Assembly: GCA_045837725.1 (NCBI GenBank)
Contig: JBEWZL010000036.1
Span: forward strand, 124,001 to 188,000
Reading direction: 5' to 3'
Length of the DNA stretch: 64,000 nucleotides
Source of the DNA: Vermamoeba vermiformis
Lineage: Eukaryota
The position numbers and the translations under genes are program-made. The notes beneath the pieces are model-generated. The model was not told where the DNA came from. It saw only the letters and a program-made list of their open reading frames with translations, and did not search any database. Shown here piece after piece: positions 26,507 to 38,252 of this stretch (position 1 is the first letter of the stretch; each line of letters starts with the position of its first letter).

Positions 26507-26756
26507 ATTAGGAACTAGTAGCTTAATGAATTAGATCAGATCTGGGTCCCGTAAATGAAGTAAAATTCAACGAAGAGCGAAATTACTTCCATTTGTTATA
26601 TAATAAAACCAAAACAAAAACTTTAAAAGAATGTATGTGTAGCACTTGCGTGTATAACGTGTCTATTTTCTGAGCTCAAGGTCTCAAACTGGATAGAGGC
26701 GTCTTTTCGTTCATTAATTTTTTTGCTCAAGTCAGAGAACCACTCAAGCACTTATA

Positions 26757-28171
26757 ATGTTGTCGAGATCTTTTGGATTCGCGAAGAACTTGTTGCGCAA
26801 GTCTTCTCGCATGTATTCTACTGCCCCTAGAGTAAGCCTTGCCCGATAACAAACATTTCACGTTCAAAAAATTTTAAAAATTATTTATCAATTACTTTAT
26901 GAATATTTATTGTATAAATAATCGTGATAATATTTATTCTAATTTATCCGCGCAGACTAACATCAAGAAAATCGGTGTTATTGGATCTGGACAGATGGGT
27001 ATTGGTATTTCTCAAGTCGCCAGTCAAATCGCCAAGATCAATGTCGTCGTGGTAGACACTCAAAAAACTATCTTGGACAAGAATATTAGCTTCATGGGTA
27101 CGCTTCTCTACCGCCACATCCGATCGCACCACTCACCCGTTATTAGATTCTATCTTGGCCAAGAATGTTGCTAAGGGCAAGATGACTGAAGAAGAAAGAG
27201 TTCAAGCTCGTTCGCGCATCACTGGCACAACTGACTTGAAGGACTTGAAAGACGTCGATTTTGTTATTGAGGCAAGTCTCGCGATCCGGATCTGCCTTTG
27301 GGCTCGCGCGTTCAACCATATATTAACAAATGCTATTATTATAGGCCGTCAGCGAGAACTTGGACTTGAAGCACAAATTGTTCCGCGAGTTGTCCTCTAT
27401 CACTGCTCCGGATGTGATCCTCGCTAGCAACACTTCTTCGATCTCTATTACTAAGATTGCTGCTGTTACTAACAGACCCGACAAGGTACTACATTAACAT
27501 ATATGAATAATGCGTTAATACCAAGTCTAACTCGGGTCTTGTTCTAGGTTATCGGCATGCACTTCGTAAGCTTTGAAAGATTTAATTATTTGTAGTTCGT
27601 ATCAATTGATATATATATACAGATGAACCCTGTGCCCGTTATGCAATTAGTAGAAATTATTAAGGGCTTGGCTACGAGCACTGAGACCCTCGACACAACC
27701 CTGCAATTGGCTACTGCTATGGGCAAGACTACGACCAAGTCTGAAGATGTTCCGGGCTTCATTGCTAACCGTTTATTGATGCCTTATATCAATGAGGCTA
27801 TTTACGCTCTTTACGAAGTAAGATCTGCACTCCGTTACGCGGGATCGAAAACTCATTTACTAATTTGAGTTTTATTTAGGGAGTTGGTTCTCGCGAAGAC
27901 ATCGACAAGACTATGAAGCTTGGTACTAATATGCCCATGGGTCCTCTTACTCTTGCTGACTTCATTGGTCTCGATACTTGCTTGGCTATTATGAGGTAAG
28001 ATCTGAACTAGAATTCGCTACAGCTATTATAAGGTTACTAATACCTTAATATACAGAGTGCTCCACAATGAGTTGGGTGACTCAAAGTACCGTCCTTGCC
28101 CTCTGCTCGTCAAGTACGTGGATGCTGGCTGGCTCGGCAAGAAGACTGGACGAGGTTTCTACACTTACTAA
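26757..28171 (+). CDS. 3-hydroxybutyryl-CoA / 3-hydroxyacyl-CoA dehydrogenase, mitochondrial
   Basis: Presequence-like first exon; [66 protein letters not shown]. Confidence 0.93.
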
Positions 28172-28393
28172 CGTGTTTAGAAATATAAACATAGCTATTT
28201 ACATTACGCAATCTCAAACATCGGTTGCGCAACCTCCGTTTCAGATCAAGCTGGATCGAGCTTCGCTACGGGTGTACAATACTTGTAACATATCATCAGT
28301 TTTACGAGTTTTATTATTGTCGGTAGTGGCCGCAATCGTATTTGTTAGATTGCTTCGAGTACATGAAACATAATTAACAACAACAGCGAACAG

Positions 28394-30397
28394 ATGACAA
28401 CATTTAAGTTGACCGACGAGCTTCAAAGTCAAATCTCAGAAGAGGTGCGTGAATGGTCCCTCGCGCACGGTCTATTAATGGGTGGTAAAGTCGCACCGGT
28501 CACGCTCTTGCCCACGCAATATCCCAAGCAGTTGTTCCATCAAGCTGAAGCGTTAGCATTGCCATTTAATAGATTGACACATTTAGTGGCATATGATCGC
28601 AAATTTATGAATGAAACGATGAAATAGTAAGTAGAAATCAATTTCAGAAAATAATTCAAAAATAATCGAAAATTCTCCAATAATTTCTGGCGTTGATATT
28701 TTACGACGGCAACCGTCGGTATATAATAAAATACTTATTTGACGGCAGCTTTAATATTAACGGAGCTTTTGATTTAGTGTCCGAGATCCGTTCGCGCAAT
28801 CTCTTCTGAAAATCTACAACACAGTTTTCGACGAAGGCTTGGCCCAAGTAAGCAATAAACTATCATTGTATATCTATATTTACAATCAATTCAGACTAAA
28901 GTGCTCGGCATTCACCGATCAGATTACATGATCCACCAACAGGCCAATAGCAGCGCAGCACCTTCACTGAAACAAGTAGAAATGAACAGAATATCATGTG
29001 CATTTGGAGCACTAAGCAGTTTAACAAGCAAATTACATAAGTAAGCCAAAGACTATTAAATCTACTTGTTACTTATTTTGGATCTGTAGACATGTGATTG
29101 AACAGTTCGAGTTAGAAGAACTTTATTCGACCAATCAGCTACCTCCAAAGAATGACAACATCGAGAATATTCCATTCGCACTGAGTGAGGCACACAGACA
29201 TTACGGCAAGCCTAAGTAAGCCATCTTAAAGATAGCACTGTTCAACGGATCCGTAACCTTCTCGTTCAGTGCTGCAGTTGTGTTTTTAGTCCAGCCTGGT
29301 GAAAAGAATTCGATCGATCAACGGCAATTAGGATATAAATTACAGGAAAAGTACGATCATTTTGATTGGCCACCGACCGAATCCACTAATTTAACTTGCC
29401 TAATATAGTTATGGCATTAAAGTCCTGCGAAGAACTCACCACGATATTTATGAACGCGCCAAGCTCGATGAAAATAACGGCCGTGCATTGTGGATGTAAG
29501 TCAAATAATACTTTTGTCGCAGGTCAGAGTTTGACAGGTGTCATTTTTTTGACAGTGACGGCCATGAGGTGTCAGTCATTTATTTCCGCTCTGGCTACAC
29601 GCCCAAAGACTACCCCACTGAAGCTGAATGGGCTGCCAGACTGACTATTGAACGATCACGTGCCATCAAATGCCCGAACGTAGCGTACCAATTAGCAGGG
29701 CTGAAGAAAGTCCAGCAAGTGCTCGCAGACCCAGGCGTTGTCGAGAAGTTCATGCCCACTGAGGCCGCACAATTGCGAGAAAGTTTTGCTGGTTTGTATT
29801 CACTTGACCCGCCTCAAGTCCAACAAACCATTGCGCGGCTGTTGAACAACATTGATGGTCACGTGATGAAGCCACAACGCGAGGTATGTATTAGAGCTAT
29901 GTCATATGGATAGGAGCTAACGCGTTGATGACACTAGGGCGGAGGTAACTTATTCTACGGCAATGAGATGAAACAACACTTGTTGAAGGCCAAAGAAAAC
30001 AACGATTTCAACGGTAAGTTCAACAGCCTAATACTTCTAAATAATCTTCATCAACTTACGTACGATACAAAGAACTCGCTGATTGGATTGCGATGGAACG
30101 ACTTTACGCCCCTGCAGTTGACAGTAAGTAGCGCAGACTTGCCGATGAGTACGTTATTTATTTATGCTCTCAGGTCTCGTGCTGCGTGACGGTGTTGTGA
30201 CTCCCACACAAGGCGTGCAAGAGCTAGGCATGTTCTCGTGTTGTTTGGCAGACACGACCACGTACAACGGACAGACAGTGGTCGAGTACCACTTGAACAC
30301 GCACAGCGGACACTTGTTGCGCACCAAATCAGCGGACAAAGAAGACGGTGGTGTCGCTGCTGGTGTTGCGGTCCTTGACTCACCGTTCTTAGTTTAA
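28394..30397 (+). CDS. GSS: Glutathione synthetase (eukaryotic type)
   Basis: [81 protein letters not shown]. Confidence 0.95.
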
Positions 30398-30441
30398 TGT
30401 AATGCGAACCATAAATAAAAACTATCTCGTTAAGTATCAAA
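30331..30441 (+). repeat. Direct repeat copy 1 (GSS last codons + 3' UTR)
   Basis: Matches 32781-32893 at offset 2450: 3 substitutions over the first 95 bp, then a small indel. Confidence 0.95.
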
Positions 30442-30648
30442 TGCAGATTGATTACTCGCTGTAGTCGAATAATAATTAAACTTGAGCGATCCCGGATTTC
30501 CAGACGACGCCGTTGGTGCTTGCATCATCTGTAAAAATAAGCCACCCTTGCGATCTATAAGTTGTTTTTAATTACCCGAAACTTGTTCGGCAAACCAAAA
30601 ACGGATCAGTTTTTAATTTTTAACAAGAAACAAACCAAAACGCCACAA

Positions 30649-32539
30649 ATGGACTTATTCGAGGCAAGACGTGAAGGATATATTACAGCATTAAAGGATC
30701 TCCATAAGGACGGCATTCTATCGTTGGAGGAATTCAGAAAGCGAGAAGCAGAGCAGTTGGCGGTAAGGTCCAGCTCAAAAAAATTAGCCCGTTAATTGGA
30801 TTATTCAATTATTAACTATTAGAGCACATTTACATCGTTAAACAGCTTCTTTATTTTTCGTAGTATTATTTCGATTTTAAGTTCGAAATTGCAAATTCTA
30901 ACTCTTATTCAAGAAACAATATACCCGCCCTTTTGCCAGTACTTTATTTGGTGATAGCACCTTATTTGGTGGCCAGGCAAACACTTCTCCCTTTGGTGGC
31001 CCTGGATCTTTTAGTTTCGGATCTACAGCAGAGCCAAGTCCAAATCTCTCAGCATTTGATCTTCGAGCAGAGTCTAATAGTACTCCATTTACCTTTGGCT
31101 TAAGTCCCTCCAAGAGCAATAATGATACCGCGTTTCCAAGTTTCAGCTTCCCTGCATCTGGGTCTGACAAGCTAAACGAACAAGGTAGTGCTTATAATAT
31201 ATAGCGCTAATTGATATGAATTAATTTTAAAAGCGCCGAATTTCAAATTAATTTTTTTTGTTTTAGATGCGGACGATGAAGTCGACGAGTTAGCGGCACA
31301 AATCCAATCGAGCACCTTGCAAGTTCGAGATTTTGTTATCAGAGAAGGCATGTCAGTGCCAGTCTCATCATCAGGCACTATTCCTGCATTCAAAATATGT
31401 ATTGTGGGTGACGGCGGTGTTGGCAAAACATCCTGGCTCAGTCAACTGAAGACCGGCACATTTGACACAAAATACGTTCGTAAGTGTTAATTAGCTTCAT
31501 TAGTAACGCATTTGATAACATTAAACATCGTAAATATAACCACTATTATGCTTATTTGAATTTTATTTGATGTTACTTCGAGCAATCGCAAATTGAATTA
31601 AAGATCCGTTGGATTTAATACTAAATTGTTTACAATCGCTGTTTTGTTAATTAACTTAATTGCAATCACAATTTTAACGATTACTAATGATCCATTCATT
31701 CAATATTAAAGCAACGGTTGGCGTGGAAGTCATGCCTGTCGTCGTGACCACAAACTATGGACCAGTCTGCATCAATGCCTGGGACGTGGCGGGACAAGAA
31801 AAGTTTGGGGGGCTGAGAGACGGTTATTTGTACGTAACGACATAATAATATAGTATTCCTATTTAAGTTAAAAATGTAGTTGCGATGAAAAGTCGGATCC
31901 GGTGTTCGAAATTTCAGCGCAAATCTTTAAAGCAGTCTTACTATATTATACTAACGACAATGTATTTTTAGTACTGGATCTAATGCCTATGTGATTATGT
32001 TTGACGTGACAAGCAGAGTGACGTACAAAAACGTTCCAAATTGGTATCGTGATGTGACCCGAGAAAATTGTGACCGGCCAGTCGTGTTAGTTGGCAACAA
32101 ATGTGAGTTGAAAGAGCGCAAAGTTCGGCCCAAAGAGATAACTTTTCATCGCAAAAAAGTAAGTCAAACTTAAAACTACAATTTTTCGGATCTTTACGAG
32201 CGAGTCCTAGCAACATCTAGTAATTAACTAACACTCATATTGCCTAGGGTTTGCAGTACTATGACATGTCAGTGAAGAGTTGTTATAATATTGAGAAGCC
32301 GTTTTTACATTTATTACGAATGCTGATCCGGTACGTAACACAATCAATTTGCTCGAAAGGAAATTTCGTTATTAATACATTATTTTTCTTTTAGTGATCC
32401 CGATTTACATTTCGTGTCCGCTACTGATGGCACAGCACTACCAGAAGTGCCTATTACAAACCAACAAATTGCGCAGTACGAAGAAGAACTGAAGCGCCTT
32501 GAAACTGCACGTCCTCTTCTTGATGACGATGAAATTTAA
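30649..32539 (+). CDS. Divergent Ran-family GTPase with N-terminal SHOCT-like and FG-rich extension
   Basis: Spliced: [90 protein letters not shown], acidic tail LLDDDEI-stop. Upstream exons join in frame. Confidence 0.88.
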
Positions 32540-32780
32540 ATTTAATAAAACGTTCAAACTCGCAGCTGCGACCAAGTACACAAAATGTCTTGATTCGTTT
32601 TGATCGGATATGCTGTCCCGTTTGACACTTTGACACCAGTGTCATCGCGTGGGACTATGACACGCGATACAAAGAACTAGCTGTGTGGATTGCTATGGAA
32701 CAACTCTACGCTCTTGTGTGGTTGTTGTAAGTAGTTTGTACAACCTTGGTAGTGATAGGACATAATTCCTGATTGTTGTT

Positions 32781-32893
32781 AGCGAACAAAGAAGATGGTG
32801 GTGTCGCTGCTGGTGTTGCAGTCCTTGACTCACCGTTCTTAGTTTAATGTAATGCGAACCATAAATAAAAACTATTACTTGTTAAGTATCAAA
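32781..32893 (+). repeat. Direct repeat copy 2 (orphan duplicate of GSS 3' end)
   Basis: Near-identical to 30331-30441, including codons for [19 protein letters not shown]-stop and AATAAA. Confidence 0.95.
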
Positions 32894-32933
32894 ATTTTAT
32901 AGTACAAAATTTACATACAAATATATATACAAT

Positions 32934-33555
32934 TTACGTCTCTATAGAAGAATAGATGTTGGGCTTTGGAGAAGGAGAAGTTAAAATTGTTTGCAGGTAA
33001 TCGACCATCTTTGTGGCCCTTTTCAGCTTTGTCTCGAGCTTTTCATTTTGGGCCTCGAGTATGGCAACCCTCCTGGAAGCGAGCAAATTAGTACTGCAAT
33101 TACTTGTGATAGGACTGCTTACTGTCTCAGCATTTTGATGCTGCCGCTGCTCTTCTTTTCCAAATCTCGGAGCTTAGTAGTCAGCCCAGTGACTTGGCGT
33201 TGAAGTGCGTCATTGACACTGGTCAGTTCGGTGACTTGGTGTTGAAGCGCGTCATTGGTATTGGTCAAATCGGTGACTTGGCGTTGAAGCTCGTCATTGG
33301 CACTGGTCAAATCGGTGACTTGGCGCTGAAGCCTGTCGTTAGTGTCGCTCAATTGGGCACTCTTCTCATTACAGTCTCGAACTTGACTCTGAAGACGACC
33401 AACTTCGGCGATCAGCACGCCGACCTGATCTGCAAAACCTCTAAGCAATTGAATCAAGTACAACAATTCGACTTACCATCCTCAATTAGGGCAGGCACTT
33501 CCGTTAAGCCGCTGGCTAGGTAGGCAACCGAGGGCTTTAGCACTTCTTGCGACAT
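32934..33555 (-). CDS. Small coiled-coil protein with 14-aa tandem repeats
   Basis: ATG at 33555, two GT-AG introns, repeats NDxLQxQVTxLTxx, stop at 32934. Confidence 0.65.
33189..33346. repeat. 42-bp coding tandem repeat (~3.7 copies)
   Basis: Unit GTGACTTGGYGYTGAAG..CGTCATTG..ACTGGTCA..TCG repeated in tandem. Confidence 0.9.
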
Positions 33556-34179
33556 AAGTACCGGCAATGATGTAACGTGTGGTCTTGACGAGTTAAGTTT
33601 GAAGAAAATGAAATAACTTGACGAAAAATTCTGTTTTATAGTTTTTGGCAGCTAAAAATACCGACCAATCAGAATGCATTAGATTGTTGCATTTCCCGCC
33701 TTGGCTATCACAAAGATAACGGCTATTATCTCAAACGCAAAAAGGGCGGGAACGTTGCTGCTACAATTTCGCGTTCGGAACTTGATCTGAAGGTGAAAGG
33801 CCGCAATTGGGCATTACTTAGTGCATTTAGATTCTCTTATGCTTATATAATCGTTTCTCAATTAATGAGCACGTTTCAGAGAGAAAACAATCAACTTTCA
33901 ATTCGTTGTCGATCTGCTAATGAATTCTTACAAGCCTTTACAGAGTCCAGAAAATGTCAGATGTACTTTATTTATTAAATAATATATTCCCTGGTACCAT
34001 CCAGTTAATTATTATTCTCTATAGTTCCAAGTTTTAAGCTTTCCGAACAATTCAATTAATTTTTTATCGAAAATTAATTAATTATTGAAGCGACTATTGC
34101 GCAGTTTGCAAGAAATAGTACGCACACTATTGCCTAACCAAGAATAACTTGTAACAACTTTGTTTTGAAAACAAACTTA

Positions 34180-35404
34180 TTATAATTCGTCTTTTAGTGT
34201 GTCTTCTGTACCGACTACACTACTGCTACACTTAATATGGCTATCTTGAGCTTCTTGTAGCTCAATAATGGCATCAACGAGTTGAATAGTGACTGCAGGC
34301 AACGGATCGGAATGACAATAGTACCAGTAGTTAACAGCAACGTTGCGTCCTTCGGATACGACTTGGTGCCACCATAGCGATGGTAAATATAATACGTCGC
34401 CTTCTTCTACTGTCGCCTATAGTAATATAAATTAAGTTAAAGAGATCTGGGATCTTACATGCCGTTACACGAGGCTATGTGCACGAGAAAAGTTACGTCC
34501 AATTGATAGTACATAACTATGATATATGATATAAATATGTACCTTAAAGGCCGTAGCTTTCTCGAACAACGGAAATTGCTTCAGATCCGGATGCGTGATG
34601 TTGAGTTTAGTCGTGTAAGTGCGTTGACCAGGAATAGCCATTGAAGGTGGCCTCGGGTAAAGATACCGTGCTTGATGAGGTGGATATACAGTGAAGTGTT
34701 TCTTGCCTGCCAGCATCACCAGTAAGTTCTCGTTGTCGTCGAAATGTAGCGGTGTCAATTGGCCCCCGCTGCCCATCCAGAAGTTGCTCTTTTCATATTC
34801 GAGCATGGCATCGAATCCAAACCGTGAAATATGCTTCTTAATCTCGGGGACTGTAGTATCGATGTCTTGTTGTGCGATATAATATCGTTTGGGACCAGTT
34901 GGATTTGAAAACAGATCGAGGAACTGACTCACGGTCATATCTTCGCTTATCATCTCGCTTTGATAGAAATGAAATACATTGTCGTCCTTAGCGACTTCTA
35001 CTCGCACGCTGAGTATAAGAGAAGCATTGGTAATTTAATCCGGACTTATTCGAACGAATGGTTCATGAACCGGATTTCGTCAAGACTTACCTCTTGTGGC
35101 CTATTAAATTCCTTACAAAATCATTTGTCCAGTCACTAGGCTTCGAGGGCCAGTTCTTCAACGCGCCACGGATCAACACAGGTTGACTCGCTTGTACATA
35201 GTCACGAAAAAATTTTGCTCGCGATAATGACGATGCCTGGATGGTAGGAAGTTGTTCTGGATCTAATTCAAAATTATTAAAAATATTTAGAGCAACCGAA
35301 AGCAGATTTCAAATGACGCCAACAAACTGTTTCTTACCAGGTATGTCTGCAACGGCGAAGCCAATAAAAAATATTATTAATATTAAACCTAATTCATACT
35401 TCAT
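34180..35404 (-). CDS. JmjC/cupin-8 Fe(II)-2OG oxygenase with signal peptide and C-terminal KDEL
   Basis: Signal MKYELGLILIIFFIGFAVA; QPVLIRGA; NFWMG..TPLHFDDNENL..GKKHF; GDVLYLPSLWWHQV; ends TLKDEL-stop. Confidence 0.88.
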
Positions 35405-35539
35405 CAGGTTGTTGTGTTTGCTTCAATGATGGAACATCGTTGACGCGAAAATCTTTTTTGCGCTTTAAACAATATACCCCCTCGCTTTCGTGAATATTAT
35501 TATGGACTAGGATCTTAAGATAAATACCTTCAATGGTTT

Positions 35540-36500
35540 GTTTATTACACGATCAGTGCGATCAGAGAAAGAGCACCGACTGCACAGTGCAGTACTCGCC
35601 TAAAAATCCTGAGTTTGAGATCAGCATCAACCGGGGCATTGCATAACTGTATGGATCCATGATAGCACATCAATATGTATCACAACATGATCCACGCTCT
35701 GTTATGAAGAGAACAGCAAATCAAGTCGTGAGTTGGGATTGAAGACATTGAGCTCCAGTAGCTGATAAATAGTTGCCAAGTTTACTCCATATAAATTTAG
35801 CGCGGTTCTTTGATAGTCAACGAGTTTATCTACAAGCTTAATCGAGGACAGACTTGATCGCATGCGCCAGATGTGCTTTGTGAGCTGTAACGAGCTTGTG
35901 TCGTCTTCTATTCAATATCAATGCAATAGAGTATATGACAGTCGAACATATAGACATCGAGACTAGCGTAATAAACAGACGCATCCATCGTTTGTCCGTT
36001 GATTTTTGTCATCTGACGCGGACCAGTCAATTGAAAATATAAATATGCGTAAGCTACTCCAATGCATATACCATATATCAGTACTATAGTGCTTGCTACA
36101 AATGAGCATTAATATTAATTTGTGAGATTCTGTCAATTAATTCAAAATTATAATCTCCTACCAACCACGCCTTGAAAACTAACTCTAGGCTGTGTAGTAT
36201 TTGAAGCGCGTAGTCCAGCTATCGGTACCATTAATCCGCCAATTATATTGACCACTCCAAGCCAATAAAAGCCGTCCACGAAGAATTGACGATCTGAATA
36301 CTGCCAAGGCTTGCCATGACCAAGAATAAAAGAGCATAATAAAATAGAGCATTTGATCGCTCCAAACGAGTTACTAACACTTGTTGTCGCATTGCTGCTT
36401 CAAAATCATAATTGGCGCCATTTTTCAAATACTTTGCTTGAGATTCTGCATCAAGAAATTCCTCGAAACTATAGTCAGAATATTCTTTACTGTTCTGACA
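35540..36500 (-). pseudogene. Possible decayed or mis-assembled multi-pass membrane protein gene
   Basis: Successive hydrophobic, coding-like segments (ALFYYALLFLVMASLG; STIVLIYGICIGVAYAYLYF; LFITLVSMSICSTVIYSIALIL) lie in different frames with stops; no clear ATG. Confidence 0.35.
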
Positions 36501-36610
36501 CTTTATTCGTCAAAGTTGTTGTCTTTCGTCGCGATCTGATAAAAAAAAAAACGACTTTGTGCCGCGTTTATTTGAAGTCCAAAAAAAAGTAGCAACACAA
36601 ATGAGGTGAA

Positions 36611-38150
36611 ATGAACTTAGAAACATATAATAACGGCCACGGTCATAGTAACGGAAGTTCTAATGGCAAAGCAAACGAGTCGGACACCTTCAGTTTGGCT
36701 TCGATCGGTATCGAAAATTTATTTTCGACTGCCGTGCAACATAATAATAGTAAGTATTTTTATAATTATATACTAAGCCGTATTGTCTTGTAATTGCTTA
36801 AACTGAATTTTTAGCCGAATTCTGACCATTATTTTTTTTTAAGACAATATGCTGCACCAGAATGTTGCAACATTATTGGACTCGGCCATAGTCCCTACAA
36901 GGTAATATAATATGTTTTCGCTAATTTTCAAAAGAAGGCGAAAATTAATTCTTGTTGGTCGCGATCAGATCCATGTTCAATTTAATGACCAAAACAATGC
37001 TCACTGGTGCAGACCTAATGCCACTAACAACGCTGCCTATAATGCAACGCATACTAACAGTAGTACCCACGGATGAATCGATGGGCTGGAGGTAATATCA
37101 TTTTTAAAATTACAATGTTTCGTTTTCCTAATTTAGACAATTACTTAAATAGGCCTGCAGCAGGCAAACCTGAAGATTGGAAGGTCTTATTACAGATGCT
37201 AGAGGCTATTAAGCCAACGAGCACATTAGATGAGGGTCCGATGTTGCTGTTGCAAGAATGGCTGGATGCGTTGGATCAGCTCGAAAAACAAGGCGTTCAG
37301 AAAGAAGAACATCAAATATTTTTAATTATACAGAGCTCGGGCGAAACACATACATCGACAATCGCAAAGCTATTTTCAATCATGTCGGTCTTAATTGAAA
37401 AGACTCAATCTCCAGTACGCGAGATGTGCATCCGCTTCACTGAACACATCTTATTGGCGTTCTTAAGAACTCATCTTCATGAACCTGTTTATTCACGATT
37501 TTACGAGCTATTCAACTCATTCAAAAACAATTCTTACCGACTAAATATTCTCAGGGTACGTATCGATAGCAGATCCATTCCTTATCTATATTAACTCATT
37601 ATGTTGTCATTCCATTATCTATATTCTTAATAACTTATTATTATAATGTTAGACGTTCAAGTACCCGAAGATTATCTACGAAGTGACCACGCACATTCTG
37701 GCGCGCAATTTCGATGCAGGTCTGTTCGACGAATACACGAGCACGCGAGGCTCTAGCACACGACCGACAAAGAGGGCACGCACTGCCACTGACGAGGTCG
37801 ATCGGTCTTTTGCGCCTTCAGCCTCGCTACTTCATCGCTTTGCGCTGCAAGACTTGTTGTACCGGCCATTCAGCAAGGGCAGGACTCCAAAGGCCTCGCC
37901 ACTCATGCTTGTGGCCCTGTTAAATTATTTGTTAATGGCCGTGCTCAGAGAAGAACCAAACACACCGGATCTGCTCAAAGACGACTTCTTGATGTCACAA
38001 TTACACGAGAATATGACGCAACTGAAGAGCGCTATTGATGCGTATACTATTAAGGACTCAAAGGAAGCGGTGCTGCAGATCCACGGCTTGTTGACTTCAA
38101 TGTACGATACTATCGAGTACGAGACTCGCGCACGATATAGTACGAAGTAA
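36611..38150 (+). CDS. Hypothetical protein (largely helical, multi-exon)
   Basis: ATG 36611; GT-AG introns link ORFs 37073-37594 and 37683-38150; no family recognised. Confidence 0.6.
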
Positions 38151-38252
38151 ATGTTAATAATAATCGCTATTCTTGTAAATAAAAAAAGAAAATTACCACT
38201 CAACAAGCAAGCTAGATCTGGATCTTTATAAAACCACTTGTATTTAAAAAAT

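Noticed and set aside
33189-33346. Regular repeats resembling a CRISPR array
   Set aside because: Contiguous 42-bp coding tandem units with no unique spacers and no cas genes, in a eukaryotic context.
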